IMG/VR virus record: IMGVR_UViG_3300021185_000158
Coordinates: 1-24,164 of that record
DNA length: 24,164 nt
Origin: a virus
Lineage: Duplodnaviria; Caudoviricetes
Strand: one strand, 5' to 3'
In this document: positions 9,461 to 18,686 of the stretch, piece after piece
Layout of the letters: the number at the start of each line of letters is the position of its first letter
Numbering within the stretch: position 1 is the first letter of the stretch
Position numbers and translations under genes: made by a program
The notes under the pieces: model-generated
What the model was told of the DNA's origin: nothing
What the model saw: only the letters and a program-made list of their open reading frames with translations
Databases searched by the model: none

Positions 9461-10065
9461 TACTTGCCACCTCCGCTACTTGTAGTTTTTGTTGTTTGTG
9501 GAGCACCTGCTAGGTATCCAAAGTATCTTGAAGCTGAAGTATGAGGTGCATCTAGTCTAGCTTGCTCATATGCTTGTTTAGCAGAGCCTACGTCTCCAAG
9601 ATTTTTAGCTCCTAGATCTGCAACACGTTGTCTTTCTTGTTGATACTCACCTGCACGTCCTGCTAATGCACCTTGCGTAGCCGCTTGACTACGTGCAGAG
9701 CCTAACACACCACCAGAATAAGCTTGCCCTGCAGAAGAACCTGCAAGATCTTGTAATGAACGTGCTTCAGCGGCTCTAGTATCGTAGAGCCCTGTACCTG
9801 CCATCATATCTTTTGCTTGTGCTTTTTGAGCTCGCATTGCGGCTTTTTGTTCTTTAGTTAAACCTGCAACAATCGCATCTGGCCCTTGAGCTACTTCACC
9901 TTCATATCTATTAGTAACATCTTTTAATACACGCTCAAGGTAAGGTTTAAACTCTTCATCAATTCCTGAAGTAGTAGTTTGACTACCTCCGCCTCCACCT
10001 TTAAAGACTGCGCGACCACCAAATCTAGAATGGATATCACCAGTCATCAGTGATTTTAATAACAT
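9460..10065 (-). CDS. P22 gp7-like DNA ejection (pilot) protein
   Basis: 201 aa. A leader of about 21 aa, then KGGGGGSQTTTS, an Ala/Gln-rich body and a TTSSGGGK end. Lies directly after a GNAT-like gene, as P22 gp7 follows gp14. Confidence 0.65.
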   Translation of the reverse strand: MLLKSLMTGDIHSRFGGRAVFKGGGGGSQTTTSGIDEEFKPYLERVLKDVTNRYEGEVAQGPDAIVAGLTKEQKAAMRAQKAQAKDMMAGTGLYDTRAAEARSLQDLAGSSAGQAYSGGVLGSARSQAATQGALAGRAGEYQQERQRVADLGAKNLGDVGSAKQAYEQARLDAPHTSASRYFGYLAGAPQTTKTTSSGGGK

Positions 10066-10542
10066 TTAATTCTCCTGTAATACGCCTCTTACTGAGACTT
10101 GGATTGCCGCATCGTAACGGCGTTGCAAGAAACGACCAAAATTCATAGCTTCTTGCTCACCACGAACTGAGTCGGCACGCCAATGTTTACCTTTATGTTT
10201 CTTAACATGGTCAATCATAGCGTCAAACAAACGATATACAACATAAGCATTGTTAACCTTGTGGTTTACAATACAGTCTTTAACGTCCATAACCCATTCT
10301 TTATTATAATAATTTTGAAATGCATCAGCAGAAAGAAACCCTCTAAGCTTACCGTCCTCATCATAGTCTCCTATAACGAGTACATAAGGGCTTCCTTCTT
10401 TCTGACGTTCTACTAAAGAAGTAAAGTATTGAATCCAAATAGATTCATTTCTATCATACCCATAGTAGTCATTATATTTTTCTGATTCGTCCATAAGCTT
10501 AATCGCTTCTAGAACATCATTATCCTCAATAAGTCTTATCAT
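10066..10542 (-). CDS. GNAT-fold (acetyltransferase-like) virion assembly protein, P22 gp14 position
   Basis: 158 aa. MIRLIEDNDV start, DGKLRGFL strand and RFLQRRY helix fit a GNAT fold. Lies between the nozzle and ejection genes. Confidence 0.65.
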   Translation of the reverse strand: MIRLIEDNDVLEAIKLMDESEKYNDYYGYDRNESIWIQYFTSLVERQKEGSPYVLVIGDYDEDGKLRGFLSADAFQNYYNKEWVMDVKDCIVNHKVNNAYVVYRLFDAMIDHVKKHKGKHWRADSVRGEQEAMNFGRFLQRRYDAAIQVSVRGVLQEN

Positions 10543-10706
10543 TACAGTTCCTTTATTCTGTTTTTTAAGTCTGCTAAATCAGTGGCTAATACAATAGCTT
10601 CGAGAAGCGTATTTAAACGCTCCTCGTTTGTATTTAAGCTATTAGTAACTTCAAACTGCCACGCTGAAACAGTATAATCTTCAGATACAGGCGGTTGATT
10701 TTGCAT
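10542..10706 (-). CDS. 54-aa helical protein at the tail needle/plug position
   Basis: Hand-translated: MQNQPPVSEDYTVSAWQFEVTNSLNTNEERLNTLLEAIVLATDLADLKNRIKEL. TAATG overlaps at both ends, AGGAG RBS, and it exactly fills the gap. Confidence 0.85.
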   Translation of the reverse strand: MQNQPPVSEDYTVSAWQFEVTNSLNTNEERLNTLLEAIVLATDLADLKNRIKEL

Positions 10707-13700
10707 TATCTTTCTCCTGCTTTATTAACTTCAAATTGTATACTGGATAAGCCCCATGCAAACTGATTTGAAGCAGTGCTAGGGTCTGAGTCAGCATCAT
10801 CTAGCCTAAAGTTAATAAATCTACCTGTAATACGAGTATCTATTTTATAGTCAGAGCCAACCGTATAATCATTAGTTAGTGTTGAACCTGACTTTAACTC
10901 TGCATACTCTGCAGTATAGTTAGAGCCTGTCATACGCATATACAACGTTGGATAATATAAAAAACCACCTAGCTCAGTTGCAGTACCGCCAGTCGATTGT
11001 ATGGCGGCTCTTGCAATTTCTTCAGTGTCTAATTCGGGAGTTATACCTAACTCTCTTCTCTCTACAAAAGAAATATAAGGGTCGCCTGAAATATTATTAG
11101 CCGGATCTGCTCCAAACGTATAACCTACATCTGCCGCGCGTAATCTAGACGCATCGTCAACTGTATTAGTTTGAATAAAGATTGGATATACACTACCACC
11201 TTTTACTTGGTCAGTAGCCCATGGCCTATCGGGATCAAATCGCCCAAACGAACTAAACGTAGAACTAAAAGTAGCATCAGTTGCAGGTACAGGTGCGGTT
11301 ACTAACTTTGAAGAAGGAGCTGTAGTTCCTAAATAAGTTAATGTTGCGCTAGTAATAAACATACCATCAGTACTATACTGAATAGGAGCTATTCTAAGAT
11401 TATTTCCTGTTCTTTCAACTGTTAAATTATTACCACCTGCTATTTTTATTTGAGTCTCTAAAGAGTCTGAAATACTAGTATGCGTATAAGTAGTACTTGA
11501 TGTATTACCACTATATAGATTAGCAACATAAGGCTCACTAATAGCTAATGGGCCATTGGAAGCACCTCCAAATACATAGTCTTGAAACGAATTATCTGAA
11601 TATAAAATACGGATAACTGTAGGCTGAGAATATCTAATTGGAATGCCTGACGTTGTTTCTACTGCAGTTGAATTTTGTAGCGGATTAGAAGTAGGTGCAA
11701 ATACACCTTCATCATCGTCAGCTGTCATAGTCCATAAGTGATTATTAACAGTGCCTGTACCAAGACCATTATCTAATCTATTAACTGAATATTTATCAGT
11801 TGTAGTAAATGTAACTGATGTACCTGAGCCTCCAAGTGTAAACCCTGAAACCGTAGTATTTCTAATTAAATTTGCAATGTCAGTTGCGCTTAATGTAGTG
11901 TTATACGCACCTGTTAACGGTACTACAATAGAATAAGCATTATAGAATTGGCTATCAGTAAGCGTTAACGTTGCAGTTCCTTGTCCAATACTTGGATTTT
12001 GACCTGCTACTGTTTGAGTAAAAGTAGCGGGTATTGCAGGTATGTGATTGTTAGGATCGGATTGTACAGTAACTCCTATTAAGTTTGCTGTACCGGAACT
12101 AACTTCTCTAATTGCAGTAACCGTAGCACCGCTGGCTGTTGCTGTAAATGTACCTGTATTCTCTAACGTCTGTGACAAAGATTGTGCTACATCGTTTTGA
12201 GTTATACCTACACCATAAATAACAGTATCAACATTAGTCCCGTCAAACGAAAGTCTTATAATCGGGCTAGTTGATGCACCTGAAGCTCCATTAGCTGTTG
12301 TTTCAGATACTGTTAAATCGCCACCAAAAGTAGTTTCTGCATAAGAAGTAGTCCCTACTTTAGTTAAGAAAGAAAAACTTAGAGCATCAGTATGATCCGT
12401 ACCAACATTTTTAACATAATAAATATCAAACGTATTTGTGTTAGTGTTATCTTCTATGTAAAAATAAGCGTCAGTAGGTTGTGTAACTCCTGATATTCTA
12501 GGATCGTTACCTGCAAAGTCAGGTGTTTGTTTTAATGCAGTTACAATTTGCTCTGATATTGTTTCAGAACTAGTTACATTTTTAGTAAGTTGAACATCAT
12601 GCGTAAATCCGTTTGGAACGTATCCACCCGCAGAATGTGTAAATCTAGCTATAATAGCAGGACTATCAGTTGCGCTTGTACTGTAATTACCTACTCCTGA
12701 AGTAACTGCTGTTTTAGTTGCTGTTACAGAACTTGAAGTACCTGTGTTAGTAAGATAAGTGCCTACTAAAGTCCAGTTAACAGAACTTTGGCCTAACAAA
12801 TTTTTAGTTTCACCTATTTGAAAATCAGTATCTGCAATTGCAGAAGGAGAAGTAATGGTTGCAGGAGCAACACCGTTGTTAGTAAAGTTAATATCGTATA
12901 CTGCACCATTCTGGGTCACTGTAACGTCTATTCCAGTACTTCCTGCATTTGTTGTACTTGCGCTTCCTGAAATATTATACGCAGTTTGTTGTGTCCCTAA
13001 CTTATTACCTGTCCAGTTAAGCGTAGTTACATAATCGCCAATAAGGGATCTTGTTTTTGTTTGTCCAGTGTTTATAGTTGAGATATCACTAGATGAGTCG
13101 TTTCCAAATGCCGCTAAATGTAAATCGTATATTGATTGTTGTAATGCGTGGCTACCTACTGTTCTATTATTAGTTATAGTAAAGTCAGTACGCACACCGG
13201 CTTGCCATAAAAAACCTACTCCTGGGGGAGTTGCGTTCCAAGTACAACATCGGGGTGTATCTGAATGTGACTGAGTGCCATCACCAAAAGAAGCTTTGCT
13301 TGGTTGCCATGTTAAACTACTTGTTTGATATCGGCCACCGTAAATATTATCACCATACCTAGAAAAGAAACCTCGACCACCATTACGTTGGCCTCCTCGA
13401 TTAGTTTCACCTGAAAATACAGAACTAGTAGATCCTTCACCGCGAAGGACTCTAGTGTAAGTTACACCGCTAGGTGCGTTTGAAGGTGACACTGCACTTG
13501 CTTGACCTGCCGCTGTACCGTTATCTGTACCTCTGCCTCCAGGAGCCGTTATTGTTGCTTTTGTAGTGCTTCCTCTTTTCCAAACTAAAGTAGAAGATTT
13601 ACCTGCTCTACCAGCGCCTGTCCAAGTGTCTTTTCTATTAGCGCCTCCAGCAGTAATTTTAATTGTATCACCTGCTACTGCACCTGTAATTACACCTTGT

Positions 13701-16252
13701 ACCGCAGAAGCCGCACCGCCACCGTAGTTATGGTCTGCGCCAGATCCACCTGATCCTGAAATAATAAAGTTAACATCACCATCTCGTGCTACAGTGTAAG
13801 TGTGTGTCTTATTAGAGCCATCAGGCCCATTTGCACCTGCAGTAGTCCAACCACCTATTACTACTTGTAATTCGTTAATAGCATCTCTTGCCGTTACATG
13901 CCCATTGCGATCGTTAGCCGAAGTTGAACCGTAATTACTGCCAAAAGAATTACCTGAAGAATAATAAGGAACTAAAGTGCCTGTGCCTTTAACGTAACCT
14001 CGTGCAGTTTCATTAGCTAATACTGCGGTAACACTAACTTGCTCATCAGAGCCTGTACCTGTTGCAGATACAAAACCACCTGAATAAGAAGTTGCAGTTA
14101 CAGTAGTTATTGTCCTAGTCCCAGGAACATCTGAAGTTAATCTTAGTTTAGTTACAGACCCATCTACTTCGCTAGAAGCAGTATAATTGCTTAGAATATT
14201 TGTGCTAAGTATAACCGTATTAATATACGTTACTAATGCTTCAACAACTTGTGTTTGTGTTTTAGCTGAATTATCATTAGTTGTAAATATATCAGAGCCA
14301 AAAATAGTTGTAGTTGTTGCAGTCGTACCGTCTTGAGTTACAATATCTAATTGAAAACCGCCTCCAATAGTTGCGCTTCTTGTAAATACTGTTGCGCTTG
14401 AAGTAGATCCTATTGTAATATCATTAACAGCGTTAACTACGTTAGGTCCAGTATCACCTGTAATAGTAACTTTAATTAACTCAGGACGATCTGTTCCAAA
14501 AGAGGAGATTGTAGGAACAGTATAGGTTTGCTCTTGCTTAATCCCTGAATGAGAAGCTTCCATTCCACCAGTAATAGTCATGGTCTGAACTTCTTGTCTT
14601 CCTGTATTTAAAGACTCATCGCTACCTGAGTTACCACTAGCAATATTGATTGTAGTAAGCGGAATTCCACCACCTCTGATAGGTGCAATATCACCACTAA
14701 TTACTTCATCAAGGTCTCGTATAGTCCAGTTATTACGTCTGTAATTCCAAATAATAGCTTCGTCACATTCACCACTAATCGATTTAATTGTAGGATAACA
14801 AATCCATATTTCATCTTTAGCTTTATTTAAAATACAAAACAAATCATGTTCATGTAATGGATTTAAATTATTATAAAAATAATTTCTAATACGACCTGAT
14901 GCTATTGATTCAATATTTCCAGGGTGTCCAGGAAATACATAAATATCATTACTACCGACTACTAAGTGTTTACCATCATATTCAAGAACAGAATCAGTTG
15001 TTGCCGCACCATAATTTTCTGTAACAAGATTAAATCTAACTGGAGCTAACGAGTTACCTGTTAGTGACATTGAGTGAATAGAACTGTTAGTGTAGATATA
15101 AAGATTACCTTGTATTGATTTCATGTCTTGCACAATGTTAGTGTCTGATAAAGTAAATTCATCAGCAGTACTTACACCTGCCGCAAATGGATTCCAGTTA
15201 TTAGGGATAGAGCCTGTTACAGCTACATCAGACGTTCTTACAACGCCTGAAAGTCTACGCACTATTTCATTACTAACTGAATCAACTTCGATTAGGTCAC
15301 CTGCAACTAATAAATTACCAAATGCTCTAACAACACCTGCACGAACATTAACATTATTTCGTGATACTATTTTTATAATTACAGGCTCAGTGTCTGATAC
15401 ATCTTTAATTGCAATTGTTGTTGTAAGAGAATTCGGGTTGTTGTATATTTCAAACTTGTTAGAAGCAATTACTAAAACGCTTTCTGCAGGTGCATCTCCA
15501 GGAACAAAATTTGCAGTGTTAGGCGTTCCTGTACCTGCAGGTGTTCCTGATACTACTGCGAAGTCTACATTGTTAATACTTACTTTAACTTCAAAGTTTT
15601 CAAAGTCTACCTTTTGTCCTAAATCAAAATAGTTACCTTGGCTAATATCGTAATCTAGCGAAATAATAGTTTGATCAATGTAATATGAATCCCATCCAGG
15701 CAATTCTGAAAAGTCTGCAACATTAGCAACATTAATACTACTGATGGGGTCTAAGATGTAATGTGGTTTTTGTATGCCGTTATTAACAATGATAGCAAAT
15801 CCACCTGCAAACAGCGTATGTTGCCACTTGCCATCAGGGTCAAACCCTTTAAAGCCATCTGCATTTGTTAAAGTTGTAGGCGTGACATCTGCACGATTAC
15901 CTTCTTCATCTTGCAAATAAATTCTATCTGCAATATGAATACCTGATGAGTTTTTAACTGCCATAATGTATACATAATATGCCGCTAATTCACCTAAGTT
16001 AGGGTTGGACCAATACGCTAGGTAACGAGCGTCACCTAACGTATTTCCTGATGATCCATAAATAGTATCAAGATTAGTATCTGCAGGTATAGAGTTAAGC
16101 GTAACTTCGCCTTCAATTTTTCTTACTGCGCTATCTGTAAACCTAACGTTTCTAGCGTCACTAAAAGAATTTGGCGCTAACGCCGAAGCAGGTGCATCTA
16201 AGATAACACCTACTTGATCCATCTGATCGACAGATACTATTTGATTAGCCAT
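10706..16252 (-). CDS. Tail nozzle / DNA stabilisation protein (P22 gp10-like) with a very large internal insertion
   Basis: 1848 aa. The N-terminal GVILDAP...FSDARNVRF, propeller-like segments (NLYIY, EIWICYP, AIIWNY..NNW) and C-terminal KIDTRITGRFINFR...GER match podoviral nozzles. The central approx. 1100 aa are Ser/Thr/Gly-rich beta domains. Confidence 0.75.
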   Translation of the reverse strand: MANQIVSVDQMDQVGVILDAPASALAPNSFSDARNVRFTDSAVRKIEGEVTLNSIPADTNLDTIYGSSGNTLGDARYLAYWSNPNLGELAAYYVYIMAVKNSSGIHIADRIYLQDEEGNRADVTPTTLTNADGFKGFDPDGKWQHTLFAGGFAIIVNNGIQKPHYILDPISSINVANVADFSELPGWDSYYIDQTIISLDYDISQGNYFDLGQKVDFENFEVKVSINNVDFAVVSGTPAGTGTPNTANFVPGDAPAESVLVIASNKFEIYNNPNSLTTTIAIKDVSDTEPVIIKIVSRNNVNVRAGVVRAFGNLLVAGDLIEVDSVSNEIVRRLSGVVRTSDVAVTGSIPNNWNPFAAGVSTADEFTLSDTNIVQDMKSIQGNLYIYTNSSIHSMSLTGNSLAPVRFNLVTENYGAATTDSVLEYDGKHLVVGSNDIYVFPGHPGNIESIASGRIRNYFYNNLNPLHEHDLFCILNKAKDEIWICYPTIKSISGECDEAIIWNYRRNNWTIRDLDEVISGDIAPIRGGGIPLTTINIASGNSGSDESLNTGRQEVQTMTITGGMEASHSGIKQEQTYTVPTISSFGTDRPELIKVTITGDTGPNVVNAVNDITIGSTSSATVFTRSATIGGGFQLDIVTQDGTTATTTTIFGSDIFTTNDNSAKTQTQVVEALVTYINTVILSTNILSNYTASSEVDGSVTKLRLTSDVPGTRTITTVTATSYSGGFVSATGTGSDEQVSVTAVLANETARGYVKGTGTLVPYYSSGNSFGSNYGSTSANDRNGHVTARDAINELQVVIGGWTTAGANGPDGSNKTHTYTVARDGDVNFIISGSGGSGADHNYGGGAASAVQGVITGAVAGDTIKITAGGANRKDTWTGAGRAGKSSTLVWKRGSTTKATITAPGGRGTDNGTAAGQASAVSPSNAPSGVTYTRVLRGEGSTSSVFSGETNRGGQRNGGRGFFSRYGDNIYGGRYQTSSLTWQPSKASFGDGTQSHSDTPRCCTWNATPPGVGFLWQAGVRTDFTITNNRTVGSHALQQSIYDLHLAAFGNDSSSDISTINTGQTKTRSLIGDYVTTLNWTGNKLGTQQTAYNISGSASTTNAGSTGIDVTVTQNGAVYDINFTNNGVAPATITSPSAIADTDFQIGETKNLLGQSSVNWTLVGTYLTNTGTSSSVTATKTAVTSGVGNYSTSATDSPAIIARFTHSAGGYVPNGFTHDVQLTKNVTSSETISEQIVTALKQTPDFAGNDPRISGVTQPTDAYFYIEDNTNTNTFDIYYVKNVGTDHTDALSFSFLTKVGTTSYAETTFGGDLTVSETTANGASGASTSPIIRLSFDGTNVDTVIYGVGITQNDVAQSLSQTLENTGTFTATASGATVTAIREVSSGTANLIGVTVQSDPNNHIPAIPATFTQTVAGQNPSIGQGTATLTLTDSQFYNAYSIVVPLTGAYNTTLSATDIANLIRNTTVSGFTLGGSGTSVTFTTTDKYSVNRLDNGLGTGTVNNHLWTMTADDDEGVFAPTSNPLQNSTAVETTSGIPIRYSQPTVIRILYSDNSFQDYVFGGASNGPLAISEPYVANLYSGNTSSTTYTHTSISDSLETQIKIAGGNNLTVERTGNNLRIAPIQYSTDGMFITSATLTYLGTTAPSSKLVTAPVPATDATFSSTFSSFGRFDPDRPWATDQVKGGSVYPIFIQTNTVDDASRLRAADVGYTFGADPANNISGDPYISFVERRELGITPELDTEEIARAAIQSTGGTATELGGFLYYPTLYMRMTGSNYTAEYAELKSGSTLTNDYTVGSDYKIDTRITGRFINFRLDDADSDPSTASNQFAWGLSSIQFEVNKAGER

Positions 16253-16253
16253 T

Positions 16254-16415
16254 TTATTTCTCCCACCTATTTTCAGGGCATCTTGCTTTTCGCATCCAAG
16301 TTTTTACGCTCATTATGCATCTACATTTACTACATGATTTAATTACTGAGTTAAAATTAGGACAAGAGTTACAAACAGTGTATCTATCGTTTCTTACTTT
16401 AACTGAGACAGTCAT
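16254..16415 (-). CDS. Small Cys-rich protein (DUF6171-like, probable metal binding), 53 aa
   Basis: RYTVCNSC...CSKCRCIM..KT......CPENRW pattern. Start reassigned to the ATG at 16415, which forms a TAATG overlap with the RNR stop. Confidence 0.75.
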   Translation of the reverse strand: MTVSVKVRNDRYTVCNSCPNFNSVIKSCSKCRCIMSVKTWMRKARCPENRWEK

Positions 16416-18196
16416 TAAGAACACTCTTTTTGGCCAGTTCGCGGGTCGATAAAGCAAGCCTCGACCGTTCCCTCTTCTGCAACCACTTCCTGAGTTTCGC
16501 TAGATACCTTCGTTTCTTCTTCCACGGTTTCGTTAAGGATACCGAATCTCTTACCACTAAGTCTGAACGTTGTACATCCCTTCGCCCCGCCTTTCCAGGC
16601 ATCAACATAGACCTGTTTGAACTCATCATATGATACATCATCTCCTACGTTACAAGTTTTAGAACAAGCGGAGTCAACGTACTTTTGTGCTAAGAGAAGA
16701 ACCTCAAGGTGATCGTTAACGCTAATATCGTTAGCGCCCTTGCCTTCAACACCGTGAGAATAAGCATAGTCCATTACTCGCTCAACCTTTGGACCATCAA
16801 ATGTTTGAATAGTCCGATCATAGTAGTGACTAAAGACTGGTTCAATACCGCCTGATACATTGTCTGCACACAAGCTAATAGTACCTGTAGGTGCGATAGA
16901 TGTCAAGTGACTATTGCGAATACCGTTTTCTTTAATCAACTCAATAACGTCCTCACTGAGTGTATTAATAAATTTACTTTCTAAGTATTGTTCAGTATAG
17001 AGTGGAAATGCTCCTTTTTCTTTAGCCAATCCTGCCGAAGTACGGTAGGTCTCGTCTCTAAGCGTCTTGAACACGGCACCCATCCAATCAAGGAAAGAAC
17101 TTGAGCCGTACGGGTATCCAAGGAGTTCTCCTGCGTTAGCAAGTCCTGTGACTCCAAGCCCCATACGTCGTTTGTTACGTGCTTCATCTTCTTGTTCCTT
17201 AAGTGGGTAAATAGTTCTGTCTACAACGTTATCCATTGCTCTGACAACTTCTTTAATGTCGCTAGCCATCTGTACAAAGTCAAATATGCTTTCGTCTGCT
17301 GGTCCTTCTTCTGAGAATTGAATACCTGTTTTTACGTACTTAGTAAGATTAAATGAACCTAATAAGCAAGCACCAAACGGAGGTAGTGGCTGTTCACCAC
17401 AAGGGTTTGTAGCTTCAATAGTCTCACAGTACCATAAGTTATTCATCTCTGAAATACGATCTACAAATAAAACTCCTGGCTCTGCCCAATCCCAAGTAGA
17501 CTGCATAATCTCATCCCATAAGTCATGTGCATCTTCGTGAGATAAAGTTTTATATACATGTCCTTCAAATACGAGATCAAATGTAGCATATGGATCTTCT
17601 AAACATTCCATAAAGCTATCTGTAATTCCTACAGAAATATTAAAGCCTGTTAGCTTATCGTTGTTTCTTTTAGCTCTGATAAAGTCATAGATGTCTGGAT
17701 GGTCTACCCTTAGTACGCCCATCTGTGCGCCTCTGCGGTGACCACTACTAGCTATCGTTTGACAGATAGAGTCATAGATACCCATAAACGAAACTGGACC
17801 ACTTGACTGTGACTCAAGCGATACAATCATATCACCACGAGGCCTGATACGACTAAAGTCATACCCAATACCACCACCACGGCGCATTGTCTCTGCGGCC
17901 TGTGTAGCACGTAGCATAATGCTATCCATCGAGTCTTCAATTATACCACTGACAAAGCAATTATAAGCAGTAGTAATCCGAGGACTACCCATAGCATTTT
18001 GTACTCGTCCTGCTGGTAGGAACCTCATAGTACCTAGAATGTCTTCTAGTTTATATTGGTGTTCAATGCCATCACAGAGTGCTTTAGCTATCCGCTTAAT
18101 TTTTCCATCGAATGTTTCATCTTCTAATCTGTATTTCATCTTATCAATTTCTTCTGAAATAGGCATTGATGGGCCTTTGTACTCTGTGTTTCTCAT
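16415..18196 (-). CDS. nrdJ: Class II adenosylcobalamin-dependent ribonucleotide reductase
   Basis: 593 aa with TAYNCFV, NPCGEQPL (thiyl radical Cys), ACLLGS, RRMGLG and APTGTIS motifs. KGCTTFR replaces the class I Tyr-Tyr pair, there is a C-terminal Cys pair, and no beta-subunit gene is adjacent. Confidence 0.93.
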   Translation of the reverse strand: MRNTEYKGPSMPISEEIDKMKYRLEDETFDGKIKRIAKALCDGIEHQYKLEDILGTMRFLPAGRVQNAMGSPRITTAYNCFVSGIIEDSMDSIMLRATQAAETMRRGGGIGYDFSRIRPRGDMIVSLESQSSGPVSFMGIYDSICQTIASSGHRRGAQMGVLRVDHPDIYDFIRAKRNNDKLTGFNISVGITDSFMECLEDPYATFDLVFEGHVYKTLSHEDAHDLWDEIMQSTWDWAEPGVLFVDRISEMNNLWYCETIEATNPCGEQPLPPFGACLLGSFNLTKYVKTGIQFSEEGPADESIFDFVQMASDIKEVVRAMDNVVDRTIYPLKEQEDEARNKRRMGLGVTGLANAGELLGYPYGSSSFLDWMGAVFKTLRDETYRTSAGLAKEKGAFPLYTEQYLESKFINTLSEDVIELIKENGIRNSHLTSIAPTGTISLCADNVSGGIEPVFSHYYDRTIQTFDGPKVERVMDYAYSHGVEGKGANDISVNDHLEVLLLAQKYVDSACSKTCNVGDDVSYDEFKQVYVDAWKGGAKGCTTFRLSGKRFGILNETVEEETKVSSETQEVVAEEGTVEACFIDPRTGQKECS

Positions 18197-18226
18197 TGTT
18201 AACCTCTATAATATATAATGACGATT

Positions 18227-18248
18227 CTCCCCGTATAAGGGCGTTTTA
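18227..18248 (-). promoter_or_regulatory. Putative phage RNAP promoter, copy 2 (TAAAACGCCCTTATACGGGGAG)
   Basis: Near-identical to 5712-5732. Begins at the lysozyme stop codon and lies in the gap upstream of nrdJ. Confidence 0.6.
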
Positions 18249-18686
18249 TATACTACGCATACGATTAACTAAACGGTCTGCTCTGTTAGTAACTTGCCTA
18301 TACCATGCACTGTCAACCATCTCATCTGCCGCACGATTCCAGTCACGAGCGTCTACTCCTGCCTTCATTCCTTTAAACTTACTGAGTCTAGGTCTTCCCA
18401 TATTAAACAACATGTTAGCAATAATTAGTTGCGCTTCTTCGGGCAATGTTTCGAAATCGGAGTATAATATATTGCACTCCTTTCGCACCACACTGACGTC
18501 GCTAGCAAAGCATTCGTTGACTCTATCCTCTGAGACAGGTGTGCCGACCTCTGCTCCGCTCTCCATATCAGTAGATAAAACCAAATGGCCGATACCAAAA
18601 GTAGGCAAACCCAAATGATCGAGATAGATTTCGTACTTAACTCCCTCATCAACTTTAAGCTCCTCTCTAAGTTTATCTATGTTCAT
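18246..18686 (-). CDS. Endolysin, T4-lysozyme-like (GH24)
   Basis: 146 aa. DEGVKYEIYLDHLGLPTFGIGH gives the E-x8-D-x5-T triad. Also NMLFNMG and AADEMVDSAWYRQV..RA.RL. Confidence 0.93.
   Translation of the reverse strand: MNIDKLREELKVDEGVKYEIYLDHLGLPTFGIGHLVLSTDMESGAEVGTPVSEDRVNECFASDVSVVRKECNILYSDFETLPEEAQLIIANMLFNMGRPRLSKFKGMKAGVDARDWNRAADEMVDSAWYRQVTNRADRLVNRMRSI

Noticed and set aside
16416-16457. Track start of the 67-aa ORF at 16457
   Set aside because: It overlaps the nrdJ C-terminus. The ATG at 16415 (TAATG coupling) is more plausible.
16415-18196. Intein or intron in nrdJ, or class I RNR identity
   Set aside because: The ORF is compact and uninterrupted, with no Tyr-Tyr pair and no beta subunit.
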